Assembly (NCBI GenBank): GCA_950097015.1
Contig: CATNEN010000025.1
Coordinates: 7,192,001-7,256,000, forward strand
DNA from: Macrostomum hystrix
Lineage: Eukaryota > Animalia > Platyhelminthes
Reading direction: 5' to 3'
DNA: 64,000 bases
The notes under the pieces were generated by a model. It saw only the letters and a program-made list of their open reading frames with translations, did no database searches and was not told the DNA's origin. Position numbers and translations under genes: made by a program. Positions 23,101-46,900 of the stretch are shown piece after piece (positions within the stretch are counted from its first letter, which is position 1; every line of letters starts with the position of its first letter).

Positions 23101-24691
23101 TACTATTAGAGTTCCATATTTATGTGCAAGTAATCGTCTTGGATCTCGATTGCATCGTAAAGAAGAAAAATACTGCACTGAATTTCAGTGCAGTAACAAA
23201 CGCTACTATGTTCCACTATCTCCACAGCCATTGAAGGAAGACGTTGTTACTTTTGTGCACCATTATTCAAGTTTGAAATTTGGCTCACAATCTGCTTCGA
23301 GCTATCGTCGCCGGATTACTTGGATTGAGAGTGCAGCACACTCAATTGCCATTTTTGAATACGCAGGTACATTCCCAGGACACAAGCAGCATGGGAACGA
23401 TAGTGCAGAAGATTCACACTTCATTCGAACACCAGAAGAAACTATACAGAAAATGAAGGAGATGCTGAAGTCGCTTCCACCTAGAGAAGTTTATGCTAAG
23501 TTAGTGAAGGACAATTTGGAAGAGAGTGAGAAGTCTCCTCGTAATCTTCAACAAGTAAGAGATGCAAATCGTAAAAATGCTTCGGGGCACAGGGTGCCAT
23601 TCGCAAACCCTGCAGACGAGTGGTTGGCTGTCGTTGAAATGCTTCAAATGAATGAATTTGTACGACATGTAATTCACCCACATGGAAGGCCGCCTTGCGC
23701 TGTTCTGTACACAGATAAGCAACTGCGAGACGTTAAAGAATTCTGCTGCGGTTCCAACGCAAGTGTACTGTCATTCGACAAAACATACAATCTGGGCTCT
23801 GTTTTTGTTACCCCTAGTTCGTATCAGAACTTGGCTTTGTATCGCAAATCAACAGGAGATACCCCCATTTTTATGGGGCCAATCTTTTTACATGGCAATT
23901 CTGATGCCACGACATATAACTACTTCTTCAGCCATTTATCTTTGATGCTGGAACATTCACCTCAAAAGAAGATTATTCTTGGATCGGATGCTGAGCTGGG
24001 GATGCGTAAGGCAATGATGCATTCCTTTCCATACGCGTTTACAGTGGCATGTACAAAGCATTTGAAGGACAATGCCAAAAGGCAGCTATCAGACACATGT
24101 GGTGTTGATAAGTACGAACGAAAGAAAATTATTTCACAAATTTTCGGTACACATGGACTTGCCAACTCTAATACAGTGACTGTTTTTGATGCTGCTGTGG
24201 CACAGCTTATACATGAAATGCGAAGTGCAATCCCAGCATTTGCGAAATACTGTGCCTCACACGTGCTACCACTGTTGCGAGAAAGCATTGTCTGCGAGCG
24301 TCACTTGTGGACGACCAACAATGCTGAGTCGCTGAATCACGTTTTGAAGATGAAAATAAGTTGGACACCAAGAAACCTTCCTGACTTGATTTTTCGCTTG
24401 GAGGAGCTATCGAGGCAGCAGCATTTAGAAGCAGAAAGAGCTCTCATCGGCTTTGGCGAGTTTCGACTGTCCTGTATGTATGTACATCATCAAATCACTC
24501 TCGATGCTTGGAAGAAAATGTCAAAAAAACAAAGAGATGCAGCTTTCCAAAAGTGCTTTCGAATGATTAAGGATGAAGGAGTGTTCACATCTACCAATGG
24601 CAGGTTCAAAACTATGAGGAAACCATCTGCTGGTAAGAAGCCCCACCAGAAGCGACGACAGAAGGCAGAGCGAGCGACTCAGTTTCGATAA
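20136..24691 (+). CDS. MULE transposase with N-terminal PHD finger and OTU-like cysteine protease; exons 20136(or 20154)-20356, 21556-24691
   Basis: Exon 1 CTGC...CCGC...HRTC...CPTC (C4HC3). The phase-2 join AG|G runs in frame into the 1040-aa ORF, which has GDGNCFYRA...NHVIPL (OTU) and SFDKTY / GSDAE / CTKH / NAESLN (MULE D-D-CxxH-E). Confidence 0.8.
22444..22735 (+). repeat. 90-bp coding repeat, 3 copies (30 aa) inside the transposase linker
   Basis: SQKSKKKKGTKRENEAAGDDAGVEESGASS; AAGTTCGCAG recurs at 22531, 22621 and 22711. Confidence 0.9.
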
Positions 24692-26440
24692 ATGTGTCAG
24701 CTAATTTGACAATGACAGGAATAAGTGCAGCGCTGCATTTCTAGCTATATATTTGTGTGCTTAGTTCGAATATTCGTTTTTATCCCGATAGAAATCCCAT
24801 GCACATGCCAGTGCCAGTGACCATCACAGTCTAAACCATATGACCATTTTTATAGACAGCGACGGTAATCCTACGACTGACTATCTAGTGTGCTTTGTAT
24901 TTCCAATTATTGTTCATTTACTTACCCCTGCCTAACCATATTTCTACTGCACCAGCCACTTTTTGTTTACCATCTCATATGCAACTGTCTGACTGTTACA
25001 GTAAGTACATATAGGAATTTTTAAGTGTGCAAATAATTTTTTTGCCAGCTGTGTTTCCTACTATACATGTACTACTTACTAGCTGTATGATGCTGTCGTG
25101 GAAAGCTGTTTGCATTTGCATTTTATTTTATCCTGCTTATTATGAATGTGATGTACTTCACATAAGGACCATTAGTCTTCAACTGCAACCTCAACTTCTA
25201 TTTCATGCTAAACAACGTCTACCAGCCCACCAGTGTCAACATGTTTTTTTGCTAAAGATGAATTTCAAAGCATTGGGCCAACATGATTCCAAACCACCCT
25301 TGCATTCATGCACTGTATCTTAAGTCCATCAATTCAGATTCCCTTGCTGAGTGAACGGAGTCAAGTATAGTAAAACGCTAATTGATTACTTTACTGAGTA
25401 AGAAGTAAAGATTTTAGCTGCTGCAATTTAAGAGAGAGAGAGAGAGAGAGAAGTGCACAAGCACCGGAGCCTATCGGTTCTGGGTGGGCTATTCCCCTGG
25501 GTGGCTGCCACATTGAGAAGCACCTGACATTCTCTCAATAGCTTCATGGAAATTAATTTCTTCCTTTGGGATAAGTTTCCCAACCTACCTTACTTTCGTT
25601 CTGATTATTTTTGTATTGCTATCTGCTGCTTTTAGTTGTCGATTTTGCCTGACATTTCCTGCTGAAGAAACGCGTGAAAGATTTTTTACCATCTTTTGGA
25701 TCGTCAGTTTTGCTTTATATACTGTAAGTCTTGCTGTCGGGTCGCACACTTTATTTTGCACCGCTGGCTTCCATGTGTACATTTTGGCGCTCACTGCATT
25801 TTTACATTATTCTTGCTTATAAGTTTTGCTTTTTCTGCTGTCGTTCTGCTGCTTTTAATCAATTTTTGCTATTCTCACTTGACTTGCCGATTTGTGCCGC
25901 TTTTAAATTGTGCCAGTAACGTTTTGTCAGCCCAACGGAATTGACTTTATAGATTCGTACTACCTGTCAGTGTCTTCACCTCGCTTTTATCAACCACAAC
26001 CAAATTTATCAACCACATTGACTTTTATGTCTATGAAAGATGCTTTTTGCAAAAAAGGTTTTTGTTTGCCTTTTTCTTACCATCTCTTTGAGTCTCTTTG
26101 ACTTGCTGAAATTAAACTGCTCTTAACTAAACCGTTTTTCGAAAAAAACTTTCAATAATTTTATCTTACATTTTTTCGTTCCAAATTATTTTTAAAACGT
26201 ATATCGGAGCGCAATGAGTAAAATCGATTAACTACAGTATAAACATTCTATTACATGTACTTCAGCATCGTTGAAATTCTAGTGGAGTCGACCTTCGGCG
26301 GTATATAAATTTTCATCAATTCAGATACATGTATAGTTACTGCAAGCCTTGTGCCTTCGTGTTTTGAATTCGATTATGCTGTAAGATAGGCTTGTGCGGC
26401 CAATTCGCTACAGAGTATTAGCAATTCAATGCGCGCAATG

Positions 26441-27085
26441 TTAATGTACTACGAGTACAACAATGTTTGGCTCTAGTTCGGATTTGATAGTTTCAAGAAG
26501 GTCATCGGCAAGAGAAGAGAAAGCGTTTGGGTAGTAGTCGACCAGACAGCGATCATTGACAAAGGATGTGGAGGTAAGACCCGAGGTGTTGATGGGCACT
26601 AGACCAAGTGGGCTTGGAGCGGCAGAAACAGCTTCCCCACTCACTACTCTTTCAAGATTGCCGGTACCGGTGCCAGAAGTTGAAGGCGAGGTCGGAGGAG
26701 TCGCAAATTCAGGTCTCGCGCCGTCGGCTCCAACGGTACCGTCAGCCGAAGCGATGTCGGTGTCTATCTCGATCGGGGAGTCGTCTCGGAGGGTCGTCTC
26801 GGCGGTCTCAGCAGACTCGGCCGGGTGCTCAACGATCTTCTCGTGACCGGAGTCGCTTGCACAGTTGGAATCGCTGGGACGGCCGGGGATCGAGGATCGC
26901 CCTGGTACGGCCTTAGGCTTCTTGGCGGCCGCTGCTGCTGCCGACTCTAGACTGGCACGGGAGTTCGACGGCCGCTGGCGCTTGGATGAAGTGGCTGGAG
27001 GGCCGGGGATGAGCTCTGCACCTGGCTTCTTCGACGCCGATGCCGCTGAAGACCTGGCCGGAGGTCGACTGCCGTTGCTGCTCAT
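26441..27085 (-). CDS. Possible second, convergent ORF of the MULE (214 aa, S/A/P-rich)
   Basis: ATG-initiated, GC-rich ORF in AT-rich surroundings; no recognisable domain. Confidence 0.35.
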   Translation of the reverse strand: MSSNGSRPPARSSAASASKKPGAELIPGPPATSSKRQRPSNSRASLESAAAAAAKKPKAVPGRSSIPGRPSDSNCASDSGHEKIVEHPAESAETAETTLRDDSPIEIDTDIASADGTVGADGARPEFATPPTSPSTSGTGTGNLERVVSGEAVSAAPSPLGLVPINTSGLTSTSFVNDRCLVDYYPNAFSSLADDLLETIKSELEPNIVVLVVH

Positions 27086-27847
27086 GCCCGAGCGAGATTT
27101 GCTAATGTGGAGACTTTCTATTCTATGCTTGCTATGTAAATATGTTATAATAATAAAATAAATAAATGTAAAAGTTGCTATTTACCGTCAAAATAGACAG
27201 AAAGACTAAAGTCTAAGTGCAATGAAAGCTATTTGGTGTCTAAAGTTCACTATGACTAGCTAAGCTAAGCTAAGGGACACAGTGAGCCTGCTAGCGCAGG
27301 GAGGGGGAGGTGCCAACCGACAGACAACAGGTGAGTACACGCCTAGCCGGGGGGAACCGGGCGCTCACTCACAAGCTGAGAGACGGAAGGCAGATGGAAA
27401 GGATCTAGGCAGGTGAGAAAGGGGCGATCGGCACTGCCAGTGGAAAGGGTAGTAAAGCTATAGCTGGCGTGCGCACGTGGCGGCAAAGCGGAGAAAGCGA
27501 AATAGGCAAAAGGCACGGCCGGGGCGCGAAAGCTGGACTGGACAAGGGAGGCAAGCTTATACCAACAAGCTTAGCTTATAGCAAGCTTATACCAAAGGGA
27601 TGAAGCGATGAATTTTCTTGCGATAGAATTGGCTCGTATATATAGCACGGGGGAGTGAGGTTGCTGCACAAAGATGTTACGAGGTTTAAACGTAAAACCC
27701 GGAAATTTACACCGGAAAATAGTTACATGAATAGCTAGAAGAAATACCTATATCATATGCTTTATGCTGAAAATGTACACCAATTTCCGCCTAATTGATG
27801 CACATTTTCAGCATTAAGCATAGAGAATACTTTCATAAGAAACCCCC

Positions 27848-27958
27848 CAGGAGTCAGCGGAATGGGCAGAATTGCCTCCCCGCTGGCTGTGGGACGATGA
27901 CGCCAAACGTGCTGCGCCAGTGAGCCCACTGCCCTCCTGCAATTATTGTTATTATTCG
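27848..27958 (+). mobile_element. 3' fragment of SINE family B inside the MULE
   Basis: CAGGAGTCAGCGGAATGGGCAGAATTGCCTCCCCGCTGGCTG...TGCAATTATTGTTATT matches the 3' end of 10826-11203. Confidence 0.7.
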
Positions 27959-28784
27959 CCCCCCCGACTTTGTTAATCAGGCTTCAGTTCCCAGTCCCCA
28001 ATCAGGCGCGAGTTTGAAAGGGAAAAAATCCGACATCAACATCAGGTACACGTTACATATATGCATATAGATTCTGAAGTTAAGTCTCCCGATTCGTCCA
28101 TTTCGGTTGGTTTCGGTCCGTTTCGGTCCGCTTTGGTTGGTTTCGGTTCGTTTCGGTCCGTTTCGGTTCGTTTCGGTCCGTTTCGGTTCGTTTCGGTCCG
28201 TTTCGGTCCGTTTCGGCCCGTTTCGGTCCGTTTCGGTCCGTTTCGTCCGTTTCGGCATTTCCACGGACCCTAAAAAACAATAGACCAAGCTGTATGCTGA
28301 TCTTATGACTGCTTGGTTGCTATTTTGCTTATATATAATTTTTTTATGAATGAAGCTTTTGAAAATCAGAATGCATCTTTTTGAAATTCATACCTTCAAG
28401 CATGTTTCTAAAAGCATAGAAATTTCATAATCCTAATGCACAATAAATGAATCACACAATATTATTAAACTGTGTTGCAATTATTAGTGCAATGAATCAA
28501 AATTCTATCAATAACACAATTGACAACCATTCTTCTGTACATTAATCTAGGTATTGAACTCAACTTTGTATCAATTGAAATACCACCTTTAGAATTTATT
28601 ATTTTGATATGGCCAAAAGAGTAAATGAGTTAAAAAATTCTTTCAATTTTTTTGAAAGAAGCTTTTTTTCTATAACTTAATTTGTAGTGCCAGATTATAA
28701 AATACATTAACCACGTTCAACACGCCGATCATTTGTCTTAAACAAATATATATATATGAGTACAAATAGAGACTTAGTTAAGGT

Positions 28785-29010
28785 TCAACAAGCAAAGTTG
28801 GCAAGCAAACTTCCCACAAGCAAAGTTTGGCAAGCTAATGTGTTGCAAGCAAATTTCCTGCAAGCAAAGCTTGGCAAGCAAACTTCAGCAAGCAAACCTC
28901 AGCAAGCAAACCTCCACAAGCAAAGCATAGCAAGCAAAATTCAGCAAGCAAATTTCTGCAAGCAAACTTCCTGCAAGCAAATTTCGGCAAGCAAATTTTG
29001 GCAAGCAAAT
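28785..29010. repeat. Irregular array of GCAAGCAAA motifs
   Basis: About 15 copies of (G)CAAGC(A/T)AA separated by 2-10 variable bases. Confidence 0.8.
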
Positions 29011-30642
29011 TTCATAGACCCCAATTGGATAGCTAGGCCCTAGGCCAAATGTCACTTATATTTTTAGAACTCCTTTCAATTAAAATGTGATTTCTAATTC
29101 TAGAAATATTTTTAGCAGTTTTTTAATAGGGATGAATTTAGATAAAAGGCAAAAAAATTGTTTGTAGATAGGCCTATATATACAGATAGGCTATGACAAT
29201 GGCTAAAGAAATAGGCCCTACAAATAGGTAATGGCTACAAAGGGGTCATACAGGCTGAGTCTGATAGGCAAAGGTAAAAAAGGCCTATGTTAATTAACAA
29301 AAAACATAAAGATTAGGCCTACTGCTACAGCTTAAATATTTACACTAGGTCTTGACGGAGGTTAAGTAAATGACCACTTTGGTCTGGTTCACCAAGGAAA
29401 ACATAAATAATGCTGAGACAGCTAAAAACCGAAATTTTATTAGGATTCAAGTTCGATAGCTAGCTAGCTAATCAACAATCGGCCAACTAGGCCGACAAAA
29501 AAAACAAAACACCGAAAAACAACGCATAATGAATAAAAAATGAGCATATAAAAACTATTATAATTAATACCGATAGAAGTTTAACGGGACAATAAATAGC
29601 GCAAGGCCTATCGTTTATTAACAAGTTATTTTATATAAATGAGACCTTTTACACAGCCTTTACGAAAGACAATACTTTTTTGCTCTAATTTAGTAAATAT
29701 AGAAGCAATTTTTTTTCTAAAGCTCTCTAGAAGATTTTGATATTAAATATTATATTATAAACGCAGTTTACACTTCTAGTTTGTTAAACAGTTTTTATTT
29801 CTAACATATTTGTGTTTCCGTTTGAAAGTGTCCGATTACTGGAAAACAATAAGAAATCTGAGTGAGTCTGTCAACAGAGTAAACGTGTTTCTAATGGCTT
29901 TTCGACAAACTCGATCAGTACGTTTTTACTACATAACCACTTTTATTAACTGGAACATTTTAGCTTCAGATTAGAATAGATAGATTCAATATTAAAATTA
30001 ATAACGATTGTAAAATATAAATAATCTTAGAAGTGTTAAGAGCAGTTAACATTTTTACTTGCTTTATTTTTTGCTTGAAATCTTAATTATTATTGTTTTT
30101 TGTTCGCTTATACGGTAGTTCTGTCCATATCATTTAGATTCCATCTGTCAGATAGAAAAAAGTTGTCTGTATGACTAGCTGACATTTCGCGATATCACTT
30201 CGCGATGCAATTCTACATGTGCGCCTATGTTGTTAAGGTTATTTGTCATTGTGTTTTTTAAAGATGCAATATATATATTCAATTTTTTTCTAAACCATTT
30301 ATTTTTATGATGATGTATTTTAAGTAATTCAATGTAATATAAGTGTCATAACTGAATTTTGGTTGGCAGCCTTATGAGACAATTCTTATTAGTGTCTTTA
30401 ATAAGTTACTTTAATTAGTTTATCTATCCATGTTACTTACATTGCATTAATAAGTGATGTGGTGTACATTTTCTATCCAAAATTATTAATTTTTTTAAAT
30501 TAAAAATTTTGTGGATTACAATTGAATGGTCAGTCTAGATTGTGACTTTTTGGATTCTAGAAGTCATTTTTTATCATTGACTTTGATTTTCAGGTATTTG
30601 CTAAAGTAAGGTGCTCTTGAAAAGACATTGAGAGAATAGCTA

Positions 30643-41756
<11,114 letters not shown>

Positions 41757-42248
41757 CAATGGCGGCTTGCCCGCATTTAACTTTGTCCGAGTTCGCAGAA
41801 ACAAATTTCGCATACGATATTCACTGCACTTACTTATAAGTAGCTTTTTAGTGTTTTTTATTTGTTTTCTTTCTGCATCGTTTCAGATTTGTGTCTTTTG
41901 CCGTAACGAACAAGACACTAAAAGTATTCAGTCAATGCTTTCCTGTACGTGAAACTTCTTATGGCAAGATGCGCTGCTTTTGCGTTTGTTGATTGCGCTT
42001 ATTTCTCTCTACTTTAAGTAGTTCATTCGCCTAACATTTACCATAATCTCAACTTTTTATTTTTATTTTCTCGTTGACAAGCCTTCGCGCAGTTTTCCTC
42101 ATCCTAAGCTTTGGCATTTCTCTGTTATTTTTTCTGAACTTTCTATGCGGAAAACTAAATTTTATTTGTATTTGTCTTGCTTTTTCCGGCATGCCCTAAT
42201 GATTCAGACGTTTCAGGCAGGACTGCTAAAAAATCACAATGAGCACTG

Positions 42249-42410
42249 GGTGGGTGAGCAGTGACTGCAGTGCTCCACAATCACACAAAGGTGGGTGAGC
42301 AGTGACTGCAGTGCTCAACAATCACACAAAGGTGGGTGAGCAGTGACTCCAGTGCTCAACAATCACACAAAGGTGGGTGAGCAGTGACTCCAGTGCTCAA
42401 CAATCACACA
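42249..42410. repeat. 41-bp tandem repeat, 4 copies
   Basis: Unit GGTGGGTGAGCAGTGACT(G/C)CAGTGCTCAACAATCACACAAA. Confidence 0.9.
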
Positions 42411-43954
42411 GTGAGATGATAAAAGCCTGGAATTTCTGAATCTTAAGCTATTCTACAGAAAGTTTTCTATGATCATCATGAATAAATGTTAGAGTAATGC
42501 GCCATGCCCAGAAGTACACGGCGTCACATGCACTGAACGCATGCGAACTATTGTTTTCTCATTCCGAACTAGTCGATTGAGTTTTGTCTTGCTGGCTGGT
42601 ACACATGCCAAGTTAACTATCTGATTTGTTAAGGAAAGTTTCTCGATGACTTTTGAACTATACATCTTTTCCGTCATTGTGTTGAACTGTGAACAATTTT
42701 GGGCTGCTTAACTGTTAGCAGAAAAATAAATTCTTTCAAAGAACGAATGTATACTTTTTGGCACTTTCGTTAAATTTATTTGAGCACAATGTTAGTCTAG
42801 CGCTAGATAGATTTATTATTGATGCTTTACTAATTGCACACTTTACATATAGAAATCTTTATTACAGAATTTTACCTACTTGTTTCGTTGCAAATTTTTA
42901 ATATTGGCCAGTTTTGAAATCATGGCTTACTGTTTTTTATTTGCTGGTTAAATTCCAAAATTTTAGCACAATTTAAAACCTTTTGCTTTATTATTCTACT
43001 CTATTGATTTCCTGTTGTAAAAGTAATTCAGAATAACAAACCAAGTTGAAAGTCGAATCATCTAGCCATCGCTTTCTTATTGCTTGCTCTATTTGTCATT
43101 TGCCTACTGGAGTTTTGCTGATTTTAAGCTTTCTTTTAACAGTAGGACTACCAACCCATTTTGCCACCCGTTTTTATACCAAGGGCCCTCGCTGAATCCT
43201 TTGGCAGCGCCTGAATGCTAACAGCGTTGGGTGGTGACTGATTGGTTGACAGGCTAGGCGATGGTGTCCTGTGGTTGAGCTGCGCCTAATATTTTGGCCT
43301 GATCAGTCAAATTCGAGAAATTCGCGTCAGGGTGTCCATAGTGGCCTAGTTCCACCTGTTGTAGCCCTTGAAGGTCCAGCAGTCCGTCTAGATAAGGTAG
43401 GTGACCACCGAAGACGGAGATGATGCAGGCACACTCGGGTGACATGCTGATAAGTTTTGAAGGCCTGGCAAGGCCGCACTGAGGCCCAGTGCTAATTCGT
43501 GTATAGGGGTGTATGAAATACACTAGCGCTTATAGGAAAAATAGACCTTCGGCCAGAAACATTGAATATCTCGACGGTCTGAAGAGCTGGCGACTTGTTT
43601 CAGTTGGCCTGTGTTCTTCCTTTCTTTGCAGCAAAAAATTGTCAGGGGGAAAATCTCCCCCTTTTGGTGGTTCTACTGTAGACGGAATGGCACATTAACT
43701 TGAAAATCATTTAATTACTCACTATCTGCTGACGGCTCGTTGTTAAAATTTCGCGGACGGAGAAGATTGGAGTGAGAGCGCCAGCCACTCCAACCAATCA
43801 GCACTGGCCTGGAAGGGGTGGGCTATCGACGGGCTGGGGATTGGTTGGTCCTGTGGGGACTTTGACTTACTTGACTTAGCTGCAGGGGGCATCTACCGGA
43901 TGCAGCGGGGAGGCGTTGCCGCCCATTCCGCTAGCCCCTGGCGACCACGGGCAA

Positions 43955-46900
43955 CTAGAGCTGCGGTGTCGCGCAGGGGGATCCGGTGGTGCCGGCATCC
44001 GCAGCGCGGTCCTCCTCCGGAGTGTCCAGGAGGTGGAGGGTTGCTCGCCCGGTGGCCCTCAGGTATCGGACGAGCTGGCAGATGTTCTCAGGCCTGAAAA
44101 CGTCGGGGAGATCCGGATTTGGGCCGAGATAGGTGAGCCGGTCCTGAGTGAAGGCGGGGCAGTCGCAAATAAAATGCTCTGCATCCTCAACATAGGAGAG
44201 GCAGAAGGGGCATTCCTCACTGCGGATTTTGCCTTGCAGGAAGCGGTGCCTGGCGAAACAGCCATGGCCAGAGAGGGCCATGGTGACTGCCCTGACGTCC
44301 TTGCGGTTCAGTCCAAGCAAGGCTTTGCGAAGGGCAGTGGAGGGACAAGGGACAGCAGCGCGAGACTGCCGACAATCGGCGGTATTGATCCATCTGTCCT
44401 TGTGCTTTGAGGTCACCCACTGGTTAATCCGAGTGTTGACGACGGCGGTAGGGGTGGAGACCGCAGGCACGGGGCCAAAAAGCGAACCCGTCGAACCGGC
44501 CTTGGCGAGGCTGTCGGCCAATTCGTTACCAGGGTGGCCAGAGTGCCCTGGAATCCACCTTAGGGACACCTTGTTGTGGGTCCCTAAGCGGTTGAGTTGC
44601 GCGACGCAGTCGAGGACTGTGCGCGAGCAGGTGTGCGTGCGTCCAAGGGCATGGATCGCCGCCTGGCTGTCCGAGTGGAGGAAGATTTCTGCTCCGTGGA
44701 CGTTTTGGTTGATCAGCTCCAGGGCGCAGGAGCTGATGGCGAGAACTTCCTTCTGGAAAACAGTAGAGTTTATGCCGGTGTGCTGGGAGAAGGTCGCCAC
44801 AGTTTTCCCTCCGGACATAATGCAGTAGCCGAAACCAGAGACCGAGTTGATTTGCGATCCGTCGGTGAAGCAGTGAATTTCACGGGGTTGGCCGTGGTCA
44901 CGTACTTCCTGGCGAGGCGGAATGCTGGTTTTGAATTTTTGCGGTGGGCACAGCGTCGACGGGATTCCGTCGGAGAGAATTTTGAGACCTCCTGCTGCGT
45001 CCAGGTCCCGTAGGCTGAGGTCGCCATGGGGCTGGAGGTTCCGCTTGCTGAAGGCAAGTTGCTTCCGGATGGAGATGCCCGCGTCCAGAAGACGACGAGC
45101 CGTCTTCATCGCCTCCCCCTTGATAAAAAGATCTAAAGGGGGAAGGTCCAGGAAGGCATTCATGCCAGCGAAGGGAGTTGAGGGTGCCGCACTCATGATG
45201 GCTCGACAAGCACGGCCCTGCACCTTGTTTAGGGCCTCCAGGACCCCTTTGGTCTCCAGGGCACTATTCCAGATGAAGCCGGCAAAAGAGATGGCCGGTC
45301 TTACAATGGTAGTGTAAATCCACCAGAGACGGCGGGGGGTGAGGCCCCAGGTGGCGCCGAAGGCTCTGCGGATCTGCGCGAGCGTCGCAAGAGCTTTACG
45401 GGTTTTGAATTTGACGTGAGGTGTCCAGCTCAACCTGTGGTCGAGGATGACACCTAAGCATCTGGTTTGCTTCTCCATGGCGATGGGTTTGTCTTAGAGA
45501 AGGAGAGGCTCAATCCTCCAGTTTCGTTTGCTGGTGAACATAATGGCGACGGTCTTGGACTCAGAGAGTTTGAGGCCGCAGCCATTGGCCCAGCGCTCGG
45601 CACGGTGGATGAAAGCTTGCAAAAGGTCTCTAAGGACCGGGGGAGACGGTCCGGCCACGGTGGCGGTGACATCGTCAGCATAGCCGATTTTTTGGACCGG
45701 GTCCGGGTCAGGGCTGCAGAGCAGTTCGTCCATGACAAGGTTCCAAAGGATCGGACTGAGAACGCCACCCTGCGGGCCTCCCTTCTGGACATTCACAGAA
45801 CGGGAGTGTCCAAGCAGGTGCGAGGTGGCAGTTCGGTGAGAGATCATATACATGATCCAGCGGGTGAGGTGCTCGTGCGTAGCCCGGCGTTCCAGGGCTC
45901 GCCTAAAGGCTCCGAAGAGCACATTGTCGAAGGCACCATCAATGTCGAGGAAAAGCGAGAGAGCAAAACCGGTGCCAAGCACGGCGCGCTCAAGCTTGTC
46001 GACAATGGCATGTAGAGCACTTTCGATGGAACGTCCGGATCGAAAGGCGTGCTGGTTGGCGGAGAGCGGGGAGTTCCTCAGCTCAACGTGAAGGAGGCGC
46101 CAAAGAACAAGCCTTTCAAGCAGCTTAAGAAAGAAGGATGTTAAGCTGATGGGGCGGAAGGCTTTGGCGGAGTGGTAGTCTCCCTTCCCAGGTTTGGGGA
46201 TGAAGACGATAGTGGCTTCCTGCCAAGACCTGGGTACGTACCCGAGGGTGATACAGGCCTTGAACAGGTTGCAAAGGAGGCCGAGAAACCTGTCATTTTT
46301 CACCGCTTCATGTAGGAAGGCGGGGTAAATGTTGTCAGGTCCAGGCGACTTAAAAGGCGAGAAGGAGTTTGCAGCGCGAGCTGTCCGTTCTCTAGTGATA
46401 ATAGTTGTCGCAAGGATGTGTCCACCCGGAGTGTGGTCCGGCGGGTCCTGAAGCGGCGCAGTCTGGGGGAAGGCGCTGGCGAGCATGATGTCCAGCGATT
46501 CGCCAGGATTCTCAGCAAGCCGGCCGTCCGGTCTTTTGATCACTGAGAGCTTCGACATTTTGTCAAGAGTGAGCGCTTTTACAACGCGAGAAGTTGGGCG
46601 GGCGCCCTCCAGCTCGGAGCAGTATTGGCGCCACTTTTCGGACTTCGCTTTCCTGGTGTCACGCTTAAAGTCACGAATCGCATTCTGGTAGGCGGTCAGG
46701 TCAGCTGGGTCCTTGCTTTTCCGCGCAATCCGCTGGAGGGATTTGGCCTTTCGCCGGAGGGTTCCAAGCGCTGGGTTCCACCAGGGAGCGGATTTTTTGC
46801 CTTTGTAGGCTTTAAGAGGGCAAGAGGTTTCATGAGCTGTCAAGATGGTCATGCTGAGTAGATCAGCCAGATCGTCCACTTCTTGACAGGTGGCAGGAAC

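Larger units (their letters stand above)
19523..28270 (+). mobile_element. Complete Mutator-like (MULE) DNA transposon, 8748 bp
   Basis: TIRs begin (C/G)GGTCCGTGGAAATGCCGAAAC and continue as 10-bp repeat arrays (about 170 bp, 19523-19690 and about 28100-28270); exact 10-bp TSD TAAAAAACAA at 19513-19522 and 28271-28280; internal transposase. Confidence 0.9.

Noticed and set aside
45479-45496. Frameshift or programmed readthrough in LINE ORF2
   Set aside because: Both ORFs are in the same frame; a single nonsense substitution or sequencing error is the simpler explanation.
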